A DNA stretch of 64,000 bases from assembly GCA_051313645.2 (NCBI GenBank), contig JBNRSN020000031.1, positions 9,982,001-10,046,000 on the forward strand. The letters run 5' to 3'. The stretch comes from Centroscyllium fabricii (lineage: Eukaryota). The position numbers were made by a program, and so were the translations under genes. Shown here one piece after another: positions 12,172-25,522 of this stretch; within the stretch, counting starts at the first letter, position 1; each line of letters begins with the position of its first letter. The notes below the pieces were generated by a model. The model saw only the letters and a list, made by a program, of their open reading frames with translations, was not told the DNA's origin and did no database searches.

Positions 12172-13388
12172 TGAATCATACAGCACAGAAGACCATTCGT
12201 CCATTGGGCCTGTGCCTGCTCTTTCAAAGAACTATCCAATTAGTCCCACTTGCCTTCACTTTTGCCATAGCCCCATATCTTTCCAATTCCCTTTTCGAAT
12301 GTACTGCAGGTTGAAGTTCATTAATCCGGCACCTGAAAAACCAGCACCTTCAGTCGTTCGGCACAGATTTTCCCCGACTGCCCGGCGCATGCGCAGACAA
12401 TTCAAAATGGCCGCCGCCGGGGCTGGGCTTCTCTTTCACCTAGCATATACTCACTGGATCCCGGCTTAGTAACGATGCCGATGGTGAATCCCAGGCCCAG
12501 AAGATGAGCTGTTGTGCCAGCCGCATTTCGCAGGACGCGATACAGGCAATGCTCGGTGCCCATTGCTGCCGGAGGCGCCTGCCTGGCTGCGTGCCGACGT
12601 CACCGCGTTCCGAAGCTGGCGTGCGGTGGCGTCACGTGAGCCGGGCTTGAGCCGCGCATTGGGCCTCAGGCCCGCTGGAGCCGTGCAGCCCGCTCCCTGA
12701 CCCGCAGCAGAATCGAGTGCGAGTTCCACCCGACCCTTGGGCCGAAAATCAACTGCCAGGTACCGGCGAGCGCATGCGCAGAGCATTGAAAATTTCACGT
12801 CGGCCATTTTTGAATGTTCTGCACATTCAATAATTCGGCGTTTTCAACATTCCAGCAGGGTGCCGGTCCCGACCCTGCCGGATTAATGAACTTCAACCTG
12901 TATTGAATCTGCTTCCACCACCCTTTCAGGTAGTGCATTCCAGATCACAACAACTCGCTGCAGAAATAAAATTTCTCATCTCCCTTCTGGTTCTTTTGCT
13001 AATTATTTTAAATCTGCGTCCTCGGATTACAGATCCTCCTGCCACTGGAAACAGTTTCTCCCCATCTACTCTATCAAAACCCATGACTTTGAACACCTCT
13101 CTCAAATCTCCCTTTAACCTACTCTGCTCGAAGGAGAACCCTAGTTTCTCCAGTCTCGCCGCATGCCACTCTAGTAAATCACCTCTGCACCCTCTCCAAG
13201 GCCTCGACATCCTTCCTAAAGTGTGGAGCCCAGAAGTGAACAAAATGCTCTAGCTAAGGTCATACCAGTGTTTTATAAAGGTTTAACACAACTTCCTTGC
13301 TTTTGCACTCTATGCCTGTTTATGAATCCAAGGATCCCGTATATTTGCCTTTTAAGAACAGCTTTCTCAACTTGTCCTGCCACCTTCA
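12172..13388 (-). mobile_element. CR1 3' fragment interrupted by MITE
   Basis: RLKGDLREVFKVMGFDRVD. Confidence 0.8.
12307..12900. mobile_element. MITE nested in CR1 3' end
   Basis: 25-bp perfect TIR CAGGTTGAAGTTCATTAATCCGGCA; right flank TA, left flank TG. Confidence 0.9.
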
Positions 13389-13744
13389 AAATGACAACAC
13401 TGAACCTCTGGCAGCATCGCATCGCAGTCGAAGAGCTAGCATCAGCACAGACACAATGGGCCGAAAGGCCTGCCAAGTGCTGCAAATTCTCTGCTTCCAG
13501 CTCTGTCAGTGACACTGAATAATTAGAGCACTGACAACTGATCGGGATGAAAGTTAAAGTGACTAATTGGTCACTTTCCCCTTCCCTCCTGTGAGGGAAT
13601 CGACTCGCAACCTGACCTGCAGCATTAACTTTCCAAAGGAAGCCAACTCCTGGCCCTCGTGTCTTATCACTCCCTCCTGTACAAGCTTTTCCAGTTTTCT
13701 TTTTTGGTGAATGTTTGTGTTTGTTAAGACCTGGGATATTAGTA

Positions 13745-14276
13745 CAGGTTGTGCACCGTTAATCCGGGACCCGATGGTCCGGCAGCTTCAGTGGTCCGGC
13801 ACGAATCCATCTGGCCGGCCCATGTGATCCCAGGGACGCTCGCGATGCGCGGGCCTCTCCCCGACTGGTCTGCGCATACGCAGTGGCCATTTGGGATGGT
13901 CTGCGCATGCGCGGCGGCCATTTGGAATGGTCTGCGCATGCGCGGCGGCCATTTGGAATAGTCTGCGCATGCGCGGCGGCCATTTGGAATGGGCTGCGCA
14001 TGCAAGGTGGCCATTTGGAATGGGCTGCGCATGCACGGTGGCCATTTTGAATGGGCTGCGCATGCACGGCGGCCATTTGGAATGGGCTGCGCATGCGCGG
14101 CAACCATTTGGAATGGGCTGCGCATGCAAGGTGGCCATTTGGAATGGGCTGCGCATGAACGGTGGCCATTTTGAATGGGTTGCGCATGCGCTCCCCGAAC
14201 CTTCAGTGGTTCGGATTTTTCAGTGGTCCGGCACCGGCCTGGTCCAGACGGTGCCGGATTAACGGTGCACAGCCTG
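13745..14276. mobile_element. TA-flanked MITE with internal ~31-bp tandem array
   Basis: TIR CAGG(T/C)TGTGCACCGTTAATCCGG; ~10 copies of GGCCATTTGGAATGGGCTGCGCATGCGCGGC. Confidence 0.9.
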
Positions 14277-15582
14277 TACCTGGGAATGGAATAATTTCTC
14301 TATTTAGGCAGCAAGTCCTAGCACAGGGTATACCCAGATCAGTTATGATGCGCCAGCCTCTAAACAAAGCTCACTCTGGTCTGCCCTAATTAGACTTAAC
14401 CCCAACCTCCAAAGACCAGTCCTACTGCAGGACATTCACTTAGCACTAGCCGTCCTGTAACCCGAGTGAGATGGCCAGTTTGGTGAAGGAGGTGCAGCTA
14501 TGAACACATGTCCATCAGGGCTGGGGCTGAGAGGGTCCAAACCGAAGGTTCTGACAGGCCGCAGTGAGGGCATTTTTGTCTCCGTTAACTCTGGTCCCAG
14601 AGGCGAAAGGATGATGTAGCCCCTAATCTCACTCTTCCGCCAGCCTGCCCTTTGTTCTGTAAAAATTTCATAATCATTCGGTATTTTGTGGCCACATTGC
14701 GCATGGCCAGTGTTGAAGCTTTAAAACCCATGAGGAAAATCACTGTTATGACCCAGAGTGCAGCATGCTGAGAATATGAAGCGTGGAGGAGAGAACACCT
14801 CATTCTCCTTCATTTCAAATGAAAAAGAATAACTAGAACGCTGTATGGGTGGCCTTCCCTGGCACGGCTCTCCCCGGCCCAGCCCTCCACTTCCCCTCCC
14901 CAGCGTGACCGATACTCAGATGCGTGCTCACAGTGCGATGCTCACTCACCGCCAGGACCGCCAAAGTTTACAGAATCCAGTCAAAAAATAAAGTCTCAGC
15001 ACGATGGATTCAGAGCGTCTGCTGGTGGTGGTGTTCCAATGTGTCTCTGGTGATGTCATAATGCAGTTCACAGATTTTACTAAATCAAGGAGATGCTGTT
15101 TCCAAGAGTGGAGAGCATTTTAAGTTTAGCTTAAATGTTAAAGGGCCAAATTTCTTTGCATATATTTCAGGTCTCCTCGTCTCCAAAATTGGCATGGGAA
15201 GGACAGCAAAGTGTGCATTTGAGTGAGCGAGCGTGAGCACATGCGAGAGTGAGCGAGCAAGAGTGAACGCGCACACAAGCCACCTGCATCGCAGAGCGGT
15301 TTGATCATTTTCAACGCCATAAGTTCCGACTGGTGTACAAGCCTTCCAGAGCCACCTGATGCCTGGTCAACACATGACCAACTGAGACACCATTGCACTG
15401 CATTTATTCTCTCTGGGTAGGTACCAGACGGCAAAATCCAAGCACAGAGACTATCCTCTAGCCGACTGTGCAGGAAGCAAACTCGCACTTCAGATTTCAA
15501 GCCCAAACTCTGCCCCGAGTGACCAGATTCTGTTCCCAGTCTGCAAGGCTTGCTCGGAGTCTGGAGAGTGCTGTTTACTCAC

Positions 15583-15713
15583 CTGTGAGAGTGTGAAGGT
15601 GGCTACACTGCTATCATCGTACAGTAAAATATTAATGGTGTCCAAGGCCCAGGTACTTTCAGCCAGGAGGCCAGATTTAAGGGACATCATCACCCGCCAA
15701 GCCTCTGGGGTGC
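15583..15713 (-). CDS. ARID1A: ARID1A exon 19 equivalent, 131 nt
   Basis: [44 protein letters not shown]; ag/gtgagt. Confidence 0.97.
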
Positions 15714-16699
15714 CTGGGAATGGAACACAAAGAATGATGCTTAAACCACAATCTGGGGACAGCCTATCACATTCACAACATGCCCGTCCTGAGCATTACA
15801 CTGCATTTGCAACCTTTCTCCTCTCTCTCTCCTTTTAATCAATACTATGGTCAATGATCATCAAAATAATTCTTCTTGTTCCCTCCTCTGCTCAAGTACA
15901 TTGTCTTACACTCTTCCGCCTCTCTGCATCTTCACTGTGTTGACTAGACTCATCACACCGTCTCCACTCTAACTCATTCTTTCCCAGGACCTCAAATTCC
16001 CCAGCTTCCTTTTCCTACAATCTGCAAGCGTTTGAAATCCAAGTTTGGTGTGGCCATACTATTTCTCAAATCACCTGGCCTGCACCCCACTCCAACGTCA
16101 GCCTTAATAAAAAGGCACCATTTAGCAAAACTAGCGACTTTGTCTGGTCAACTGAGCAGCATGATTAATGGGATGTGGTCCTCAAGGCAGCTCGTGGGCC
16201 AACACTAAGTTTAGAATCAGTGCACAGAAGGCAGCCATTTGGCCCATCTTGCCTATGCCGGCTCTTTGTAAAAGGTATTAATCCCACTTGCCCGCTCTTT
16301 CCCCACAGCCCTTGTACCCAGGTTTATTTCACATGTGTCATTTTTCCTAAAAAGTTGAACATGCAAATGCTCGTCAAATGTTTGTCTTGTAACACACTCC
16401 TGTGAAGCGCCTTGGGATGTTTTACTACGTTAAAGGTGCTATATAAATACAAGTAGATGTTGTGAAGAGAAGCAGAATTCTAATGGTATCTTGGGCTCGC
16501 TTGCTTACTTCATGTCTGGCACTGTGTGCAGGTACATGGCCAGGTTTCCTGCAACAGCAGCTGACTTGGGTCAGTTTTCGGTTTAACCCTATTCAGTTGG
16601 GGTTACCCAGATCTACAGTGAACCCCTCAATGGAGCTGGACCATAGAAAGGAGCACTGAGCCACATCTATTTTTAAACTTGTGGGAAAGGTCACAGCAA

Positions 16700-17537
16700 C
16701 ATCACCACGGTGGTTGGCCAGATCACCAACAACGACGAGTCAGCCTACAGGGATGAGATCCAGCGCCTTGTGGGTTGGTGTGCCGACAACAACCTGGCAC
16801 TGAACACCAAGAAAACCAAGGAGATTATAGTGGACTTCCGGAAGACTGGAAGCAGAAGACACACCCCCATCTTCATCCAAGGGGCTGAGGTGGAAAGGGT
16901 GTCCAGCTTCAAATTCCTCGGGGTCCACATCTCAGAAGATCTCTCCTGGTCACTAAACACCTCCTCTCTGGTTAAGAAGGCCCAACAGCGCCTGTACTTC
17001 CTTAGGAAGCTGAAGAAAGCCAGGCTGTCATCTGGCATCCTCTCCAACTTCTACCGCTGCACAATAGAAAGCATACTGACAAGCTGCATCACTGTCTGGT
17101 ATGGTAATTGCACTATCTCGGACCGGAAAACCCTGCAGCGGGTAGTCAAAACTGCCCAACGAATTACCGGTACACAGCTACCGTCAATGGAAAGCATCTA
17201 CCTCAAACGCTGCTTACGGAGGTCTATGAACATTATTAAAGACCCCACACACCCCAGCCACAGTCTGTTCGCCCCTCTGCCCTCCAGGAGACGCTACAGA
17301 GCAATTTGCACCCGCACGACTAGATTTCAGAACAGCTTCTTCCCCAGGGCTGTCAGCCTCCTGAACTCTAAAAAGAAACTCCGGTACCTGCACGCCTGAT
17401 AATGAACTTTACTGTATGCAATTTGCATGTAATTTATTTATTTTGTTTGCACTACTCTCGGGAGAGTCGAGTCTTCGTCTCGTTGTATTGTACTAGTACT
17501 CTGCAATGACAATAAAACTTGAATTGAATTGAATTGA
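16700..17537 (+). mobile_element. 5'-truncated Rex1/Babar LINE
   Basis: Uninterrupted RT C-terminal ORF (NNDESAYR...NLALNTKKTKEIIVDFRK...FKFLGVHISEDLSW...KKAQQRLYFLR), AATAAA and (TTGAA)n tail. Confidence 0.88.
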
Positions 17538-17889
17538 ACCAGTACAGACAAGGCACACTGTTAAAAGCGACAAAAACCCAGGTCACAGTTCATCCATCTC
17601 ACACTTAAAAGTATCTCAAGAGAGAGGGAAAAAAAATCTGTCTAGTGATAATTCATCATCACTCGTGCTCAATACAACCTCCACAACACATAACCAGATA
17701 CATTTCTCTGCTTTGGGCTGCTTACCCAGGCAACATTACCTCCAGTCCATGTGGCCACTCTGCTTGGTATCACCATTCCAGGCCTGCCTACCAGAAGTAT
17801 CCCGACCAAAACCATCCGCACAACCTCTCAATTTATACATCGAAAAGATCACCAAACTCACCCACTCTAATACAGCCCAGTATGCAGTT

Positions 17890-19020
17890 GCACCAGTACC
17901 AGCCTCTGTCTGGGTGGGGATCCCTGCACACCAGCCTCCGACTGGGTGGGGGTCCCAGCGCACCAGCCTCCGACCGGGTGGGGGTCCCAGCGCATCAGCC
18001 TCTGTCCGGGTGGGGGGTCCCAGCACACCAGCCTCTGACCGGGTGGGGGTCCCAGCGCACCAGCCTCTGACCGGGTGGGGGGTCCTAGCGCATCAGCCTC
18101 TGTCCGGGTGGGTTTCCCAGCGCACCAGCCTCCGACTGGGTGGGGGGTCCTAGCGCACCAGCCTCCGACTGTGTGGGGGTCCCAGCGCACCAGCCTCTGT
18201 CTGGGTGGGGATCCCTGCGCACCAGCCTCCGACTGGGTGGGGGGTCCCAGCGCACCAGCCTCCGACTGGGTGGGGGTTCCCAGCGCATCAGCCTCTGTCC
18301 GGGTGGGGGTCCCAGCGCACCAGCCTCCGACTGGGTGGGGGTCCCAGCGCACCAGCCTCCGACCAGGTGGGGGGTCCCAGCGCACCAGCCTCCGACCGGG
18401 TGGGGGGTCCCAGCGCACCAGCCTCTGTCCGGGTGGGGATCCCTGCGCACCAGCCTACGACTGGGTGGGGGATCCCAGCGCACCAGCCTCCGACTGGGTG
18501 GGGGTTCCCAGCGCATCAGCCTCTGTCCGGGTGGGGGTCCCAGCGCACCAGCCTCCGACTGGGTGGGGGGGTTCCCAGCGCACCAGCCTCCGACTGGGTA
18601 GGGGTCCCAACGCACCAGCCTCCGGGTGGGTGGGGGGTCCCAGCGCACCAGCCTACGGGTGGGTGGGGGGTCCCAGCGCACCAGCCTCCGGGTGGGTGGG
18701 GGTCCCAGCGCACCAGCCTCCGACTGGGTGGGGGGTCCCAGCGCACCAGCCTCCGGGTGGGTGGGGTCCCAACGCATCAGCCTCTGACTGGGTGGGGGGT
18801 CCCAGCGCACCAGCCTCCGGGTTGGTGGAGGTCCCAGCGCATCAGCCTCTGTCCGGGTGGGGATCCCTGCGCACCAGCCTCTGACCGGGTGGGGGGTCCC
18901 AGCGCACCAGCCTCCGGGTTGGTGGAGGTCCCAGCGTATCAGCCTCTGTCCGGGTGGGGATCCCTGCGCACCAGCCTCTGACCGGGTGGGGGGTCCCAGC
19001 GCATCAGCCTCCGGGTGGGA
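17890..19020. repeat. G-rich minisatellite, ~33-bp unit, ~34 copies
   Basis: CCAGCGCACCAGCCTCCGACTGGGTGGGGGGTC. Confidence 0.95.
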
Positions 19021-19738
19021 ATTCCAGCAACAGGACCCATAATTATCTTGGGATCCCAGTGCGAACCATCAATTGGAAATCTGTTATTCAAATATCCTGC
19101 TCAGACCCGCAACTTTTTTTAAACCTTTATATTAAAGTTATAAAATAATTGACACAAACATTCCAGAACCACAGGTGGACTTAAACAGGCTGGAAATCTC
19201 GTGTCCGCATCCGGTTGGGAATATTTTCACTTTCTGGCTGCGTTTTAAGGAGTCATGTTTAAAAACACGTTGGATTGTTGCTGACTCTGGAACACGCCAT
19301 TTGAACAACCCATTACTCCTGGAAGCGTTGGCAAGCACCTCTGCCCCACCACTCTGAGCAAAAGGGTAAGAATACACAGCATCCATAACAAAAAGCTTCA
19401 TTTTAAACCACTGAAGCTGCCTGTATAGCAGCTTACACAGTCAAACACACACAGCAAACTGCCAACCAGTACAGTTACATCAACACTACACAGGAGCACA
19501 GATCAGTTTAACTGGAATGTCTCCCCAAGCACACATCTGGTCTGTGCCACTGCCCCACATGCAAATTCAGGCAACCCTGCAATGAACTGCTTGTTGCAGT
19601 GTTCCTCTGGATTTACTAAATTTACCTGTTTACAGACCACACCAGTTCCATTTGGCTTGGACTCAGATTGCAACTATTGAAGAGTTCCCAGTCTAATTGA
19701 TCTGAGCTCTTCGAACATTACCATTTATCACCACTTAC

Positions 19739-20522
19739 CAATGTCCTTGGTGGTGAGTCTCCGCCGGGGTTTCAGGACTGGTTGAGATGCCTCAACTGAA
19801 CCAGGAGGGAAGGTGATGTCTCGTCTCATCAGTGGTGGCTGCGTAGAGGGTCCAGAAATATGAGATGCAGGCATCGGGGGTCCAACTTTTTGCATCTTCA
19901 TTCCTGAATGGAGAAACGGTGACTTGCTGGGTGAGGTACGGTTTTCCAATGGTCGCTGCATGGGAGCTGGGCTGGACACCTGGGAAAGATGGTTTGGCAC
20001 TGACGGAGGAGTTTGGTAGGTGGACTGTGATGGCCTTGTGATCGGGGGAAGAGGAGCAGAGGGGGTGAATGACGGCTGGCGTTGGGAAGCCCACTGTCCT
20101 TCATGGTTCATTCTCTGATCAGGTCCCATCATCTCCTCTGAACGATTCATGCTGTGATATCCTGGAGCTTGTGGTGGGGCCCCAGGACCTTGCCGGTTTG
20201 GGTAGTTGTAAGCCATGTCATTTCGTCCCGGCCACACCGTTCCCTGTGGTCCTTCAGGGGGAGACTGCAATGGACCTCCTATCATCTGTGGGGGCACAGG
20301 CTGCTGAGTGGCCGAGCCAGGGGGACCTTGCATTCTCTCTCTGCCGTACTGAAATGGAAACTGATTCTGCACCGGCCGGCGATCGGTACCAGGATAGGCA
20401 TTGCTGTATTGGTTATACAAATCTTGCTGAGACTGCTGGGTCGTGTAGGGCATTCCATACATTTCACCTTCGTGCCGCTTGGCTGGAGGACCGTAAGTCC
20501 CATCCATCTGTCGTTTGAAGTT
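19739..20522 (-). CDS. ARID1A: ARID1A exon 18 equivalent, 784 nt
   Basis: [22 protein letters not shown]...[20 protein letters not shown]...[29 protein letters not shown]; ag/gtaagt. Confidence 0.96.
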
Positions 20523-20982
20523 CTGACAAAAATTAAGAGAATGCTCAGATTTCTTAAACTCATACAAATAAAAGTATGAGGATAATACTAGCCGGATATT
20601 TAAAAAGGATTAGGGAGTTGAGCCTTGTCAGAGAGGTCATTTAATGCAGTACCCTCACCCCGCTGATAAGTAACTGGTTTTGCTTTAGGAGGCTGGCTGC
20701 TGAGTACAACAGGCCTCCGTATCGCCGGGTTTAGGGGAGGAGGAATTAGACCACTCCTGATAACCACTCACTGACCCAGGCTCCATGGAAATGCCTGATG
20801 TTTACGCAGATGGAAGGACAGGATTGGGTTTGGCCAAGTTTTCTCTCATGGTTAATTCGCTTGCTGTACTCACCCACGAATAATGGCCATTTAGTGGTTT
20901 ATTAGAGGACTTCCAGCACCTGTGCAACTGCGTCCCAAGAGCAGTTATGCCTCACGCATCAAAGCTGTGCTACACCTAAATT

Positions 20983-21830
20983 AGAAACAGAGGAACAGAA
21001 GCAGGCCATTCAGCCCCTCGAGCCTGTTCCACCATTCAATTAGATCATGGCTGATCTCTACCTCAACCCCATTTACCTGCCTTTGATCCATATCTCTTGA
21101 TACCCTTTACCCAACAAAACTATATTGATTTCAGTCTTGAAAATTTCAATTGACCCAGCATCCACAGCCTTTTGGGGGGGGGGAAGCGTTCCACATTTCC
21201 ACTACGCATTGTGTGAAAAAGTACTTCCTGATTTCACTCCTGAATGATCTAGCTCTAATTTGAAAATTATGCCCTATTGTTCTGGGCGTCCCCCACCATA
21301 TGAAATAACTTCTCTGTATCTACCCTATCGAATCCTTTTATCACTTTAAATAAATCAGATCAGCCCTCAACCTTCTAAACTCAAGGGAATACAAGCCATG
21401 TTTATGCAACCTGTCCTCATAACTCTTGAAGCCCTGATATCAGTTTGATGAATCTGCACTGCACCCCCTCCAAGGCCAATACATCCTTCCTGAGGTGCGG
21501 TGCCCAGAACTGAATGCAATAATCCAGGTAGGGTCTGAACAAGGCTCTGTACAACTGAAGTACAACTTCCTCCCCTTTGTAACCCAACTTCTGAGATAAA
21601 GGCCAGCATTTTATTACTGTTTCTACCTCTGTACTAGCTTTTAGTGATGTGTGTACCTGGGCACCTAAATCTCTTTGCTCCTCTGCAGCATCTCGTCTTT
21701 CGCCAGTAATAAAATATTCCCATTTGCCTCTCAGATCCAAAGTGGATGACCTCACACTTTCGCCACATTGAAATCCATCTGCCATAGTTTTACCCACTCA
21801 TTTAGTCTGTCTATGTCCCTTTGTGATTGT
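20983..21830 (-). mobile_element. CR1 3' fragment
   Basis: QRDLG...LYRALFRPYLDYCIQFWAPHLRKD. Confidence 0.85.
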
Positions 21831-22263
21831 AGAGAACTCCATAATAGATTGAAATCAGTGGAAATATATACCCAACTCGGCCACCCCTCAGTTCCAGCAC
21901 AGAAATCAAGCATTAATGCATTAACTAGTGACCAGTCTTGCTGAATGCAGGTCTGGTTATACTGGTCCAGCCTTGTTCTGTTTATACTACAACACAGTCA
22001 GGGACATTTAATAGATTTTTTCTCATTCACTAAAAGCTGTAATCAACTTCTGGTTCTCAACATTTAAGCAACAACACTGAAATCCACAAACAGGAACACC
22101 AGCTACTGCACATAATAGGATTCAACTGTTCCAACAAACGCCAATGTTTCAAAACAGGAGCCGCTTGGTTGAGGCTGGCCAGGCCCCACACTTTGCTGGC
22201 TTCTTTTGGGAGGGAGTTAGGGCCCCACGTGTGTTATCTGTCCAACACCCCCATGCCACTTAC

Positions 22264-22363
22264 CTGCTGTTGTTGCTGTGGAAACATTCCAGGTTGCTGG
22301 TTCGAATACGACTGCGCAGCCGGAACTCCCTGTACAGGGTACTGGTTTCCATAAGGATCATGC
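22264..22363 (-). CDS. ARID1A: ARID1A exon 17 equivalent, 100 nt
   Basis: HDPYGNQYPVQGVPAAQSYSNQQPGMFPQQQQ; ag/gtaagt. Confidence 0.92.
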
Positions 22364-22481
22364 CTAGTATTATGGTATGAGGTTGGTGAGAGAAGAACAT
22401 CAAATTTAGTAGCTGCAGGCATTTAGATTCTATTGTGACAACAGCCTCGTAAGACAATTTTCCATTTGAACCGTCAGTAAC

Positions 22482-22868
22482 CGAGCCGCTGGCAGGAGCG
22501 CGCTGGCCCTGAGCCGCTGGCGGGAGCGGGCAGGCCCCCCGAGCCGCTGGCGGGAGCGCGCTGGCCCCTTGAGCCGCTGGCTGGAGTGCGCTGGCCCCCC
22601 GAGCCGCTGGCGGGAGCGCGCTGGCCCCGAGCCGCTGGCGGGAGCGCGCTGGCCCCGAGCCGCTGGCGGGAGCGCGCTGGCCCCGAGCCGCTGGCGGGAG
22701 CGCCCTGGCCCCGAGCCGCTGGCGGGAGCGCCCTGGCCCCGAGCCGCTGGCGGGAGTGCGCGGGCCCCGAGCCGCTGGCGGGAGTGCGCGGGCCCCGAGC
22801 CGCTGGTGGGAGCACCCTGGCCCCGAGCCGCTCGGGGGAGCGCGTAGGCCCGGAGCCACTGGTGGACC
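22482..22868. repeat. GC-rich minisatellite, 28-bp unit
   Basis: GAGCCGCTGGCGGGAGCGCGCTGGCCCC, ~14 copies. Confidence 0.95.
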
Positions 22869-23229
22869 CACCTTTTAGCTTTTGGCTCTGCTGGGAAGGA
22901 ACCGCGAGGAAGGAAAAGATCAACACAGTTTCTGAACCTTTAACCCCAATCTGAAATATCTAGGCTGATACACATGTCTGTGTTTGGGTTGTGCCAGTTT
23001 GACATGGAGATCTGAATCAGTCCCCAATACCAATGGTTCACATTTGTTTGGCAAAAATAACAACTGAGGTGGTTAAATAATCAAACGCAGAACTCAAGAT
23101 GCAGCAACACATCAGCTCTGCTCCAAATACTGGCTCTGCCTCGAGTTACTCAAATTATCTACAAACTGGAATACATTCTGCAGAGATTTATTGTAGAAAA
23201 AAACATTCTGAAGTTAGACACAAAACTTA

Positions 23230-23628
23230 CATAGAAACATAGAAGATAGGAGCAGGAGTAGGCCATTCGGCCCTTCGAGCCTGCTCCGCCATTCAATGAG
23301 ATCATGGCTGATCATCCAAACCCAGCACACCGCCCCTGCCTTGTCCCCATATCCCTCAATCCCTATGGAGCCTGCACCGACACATATCCCACCCTATCCC
23401 CATAACCCCACATATTTAATCCCCCTAACACTAAGGGTCAATTTATCCTGGCCAATCAACCTAACCCGCACATCTTTGGACTGTGGGAGGAAACCGGAGC
23501 ACCCGGAGGAAACCCACGCAGACACGGGGAGAATGTGCAAACTCCACACAGATAGTACCCGAGGCTGGATTTGAACCCGGGTCTCTAGTGCTGTAAGGCA
23601 ACAGTGCCAACCACTATGCCACCCTGCT
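23230..23628 (-). mobile_element. HE1-type V-SINE
   Basis: Reverse-complement match to 446-847. Confidence 0.88.
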
Positions 23629-23669
23629 TTCCGAGATGGGTAAAGTGAAGTGTTCTGATCCACACTTAC

Positions 23670-23789
23670 CGCTGCTGTCCCGGATAGCGGTTTGGAGAGT
23701 ACATCCCGGAATCTGCATTCACTGGCACCACACTAGGCTGTGCTGTCGCCGGTCCCAAAGTCCCCTCTGGGCCCATCCCATGTTCAGAC
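23670..23789 (-). CDS. ARID1A: ARID1A exon 16 equivalent, 120 nt
   Basis: SEHGMGPEGTLGPATAQPSVVPVNADSGMYSPNRYPGQQR; ag/gtaagt. Confidence 0.93.
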
Positions 23790-24534
23790 CTGAAGAAATG
23801 GAGGTGGGGAAGGAAAGAGCAAGATGAATGAAACATAGAAAGCAGAGTGCTGTGAACCGCCACCTGGCTACATCAAAGGAGTTGTAGCCCACACCTCTGG
23901 CAAAATACCCAGCAGTCCCAACAGCTGCTATTGGAGGCAACACAAGGCCGAGCTTCACCTTACTGAACCCCGATAGCAACAGGAGGCACTGAACGCCGAT
24001 AGCAACAGGAGGCACAGTGCAATAAGTACAGGAAAAGAGGCACCTGTCGGTGGTGTCTCCAGGCCGCTCTCCCACCACCCTGTATGATGGTGAAATGTCC
24101 ACCCTGTTCCCTTTTGTTTGTTTGACATTGGCCTCGTGTATGAGCAGCAGTGGGCTACAGAATAAAGCCAGTGACATTAAGCTGTGCAACTCGTGAGCTC
24201 AGGTACATTGTGGTTAGCTTCCAGGATCCTGTACTCCCATCACATCAACCTGGCCACTGCCGCATCTCTCAGATCTACAAACAGGCATTGCTCTGGTACC
24301 AAAGGGGGAACAAGCACACAGCTGGGATCTTCAGCTCAATTTTGTTCTTAAAGTGTAAGGGAGACCCCCATTTGTATGCCGATTTGAAGTCGGGTCGCAG
24401 GATTCTCAACCATTTCCTACACCACACAACTGTCTGAAAACTGTTCCGCTCACCTCACTAATTGTGCAACTGCCATGCCACAACACACCAAAGCAATAAT
24501 TTCTCAGAGTAATACACCCTCTTTTATAATCTAA

Positions 24535-25522
24535 CCCTGTGTAATACATGCCCCCTTACAAAATAGCCCCTTGTGATACATGCCCCTTACAATATAGCCC
24601 CTTGTGATACATGCCCCTTACAATATAGCCCCTTGTGATACATGCCCCTTACAATATAGCCCCTTGTGATACATGCCCCTTACAATATAGCCCCTTGTGA
24701 TACATGCCCCTTACAATATAGCCCCATGTGATACACGGCCCTTACAATATAGCCCCATGTGATACATGCCCCATACAATATAGCCCCATGTGATACACGC
24801 CCCTTACAATATTGCCCCATGTGATACACCGTCCTTACAATATAGCCCCAGTGATACACGCCCCTTACAATATAGCCCCATGTGATACACCGTCCTTACA
24901 ATATAGCCCCAGTGATACACAGTACAATATAACACCATTTGATACACGCTCCTTACAATATAGCCCCAGTGATACACGCCCCTTACAATATAGCCCCATG
25001 TGATACACAGTCCTTACAATATAGCCCCAGTGATACACAGTACAATATAACACCATTTGATACACGCTCCTTACAATATAGCCCCAGTGATACACGCCCC
25101 TTACAATATTGCCCCATGTGATACACCATCCTTACAATATAGCCCCATGTGATACACCGTCCTTACAATATAGCCCCATGTGATACACGCCCCTTACAAT
25201 ATAGCACCATGTGATACACCGTCCTTACAATATAGCCCGTGATACATGCCCCCTTACAATATAATACCATGTGACACACGCCCCCTTACAAGATAGCCCC
25301 ATGTGATACACGCCCCTTACAATATAGCCCTATGTGATACACCGCCTTAAATATAACACCATGTGATACACGCCCCCTTACAATATAACACCATGTGATA
25401 CACACCCCTTACAATATAGCCCCATGTGATACACGCCCCCTTACAATATAACCCCATGTGATACACACAGTACAATATAACCTCGTGTAATACACACACC
25501 GTATAATATAACCCCATGTGGT
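24535..25522. repeat. Minisatellite, 31-bp unit
   Basis: CCCCTTACAATATAGCCCCATGTGATACACG, ~32 copies. Confidence 0.95.

Noticed and set aside
17665-19148. Pro/Gly/Trp-rich ORFs
   Set aside because: Minisatellite with variable G-run lengths that break the frame
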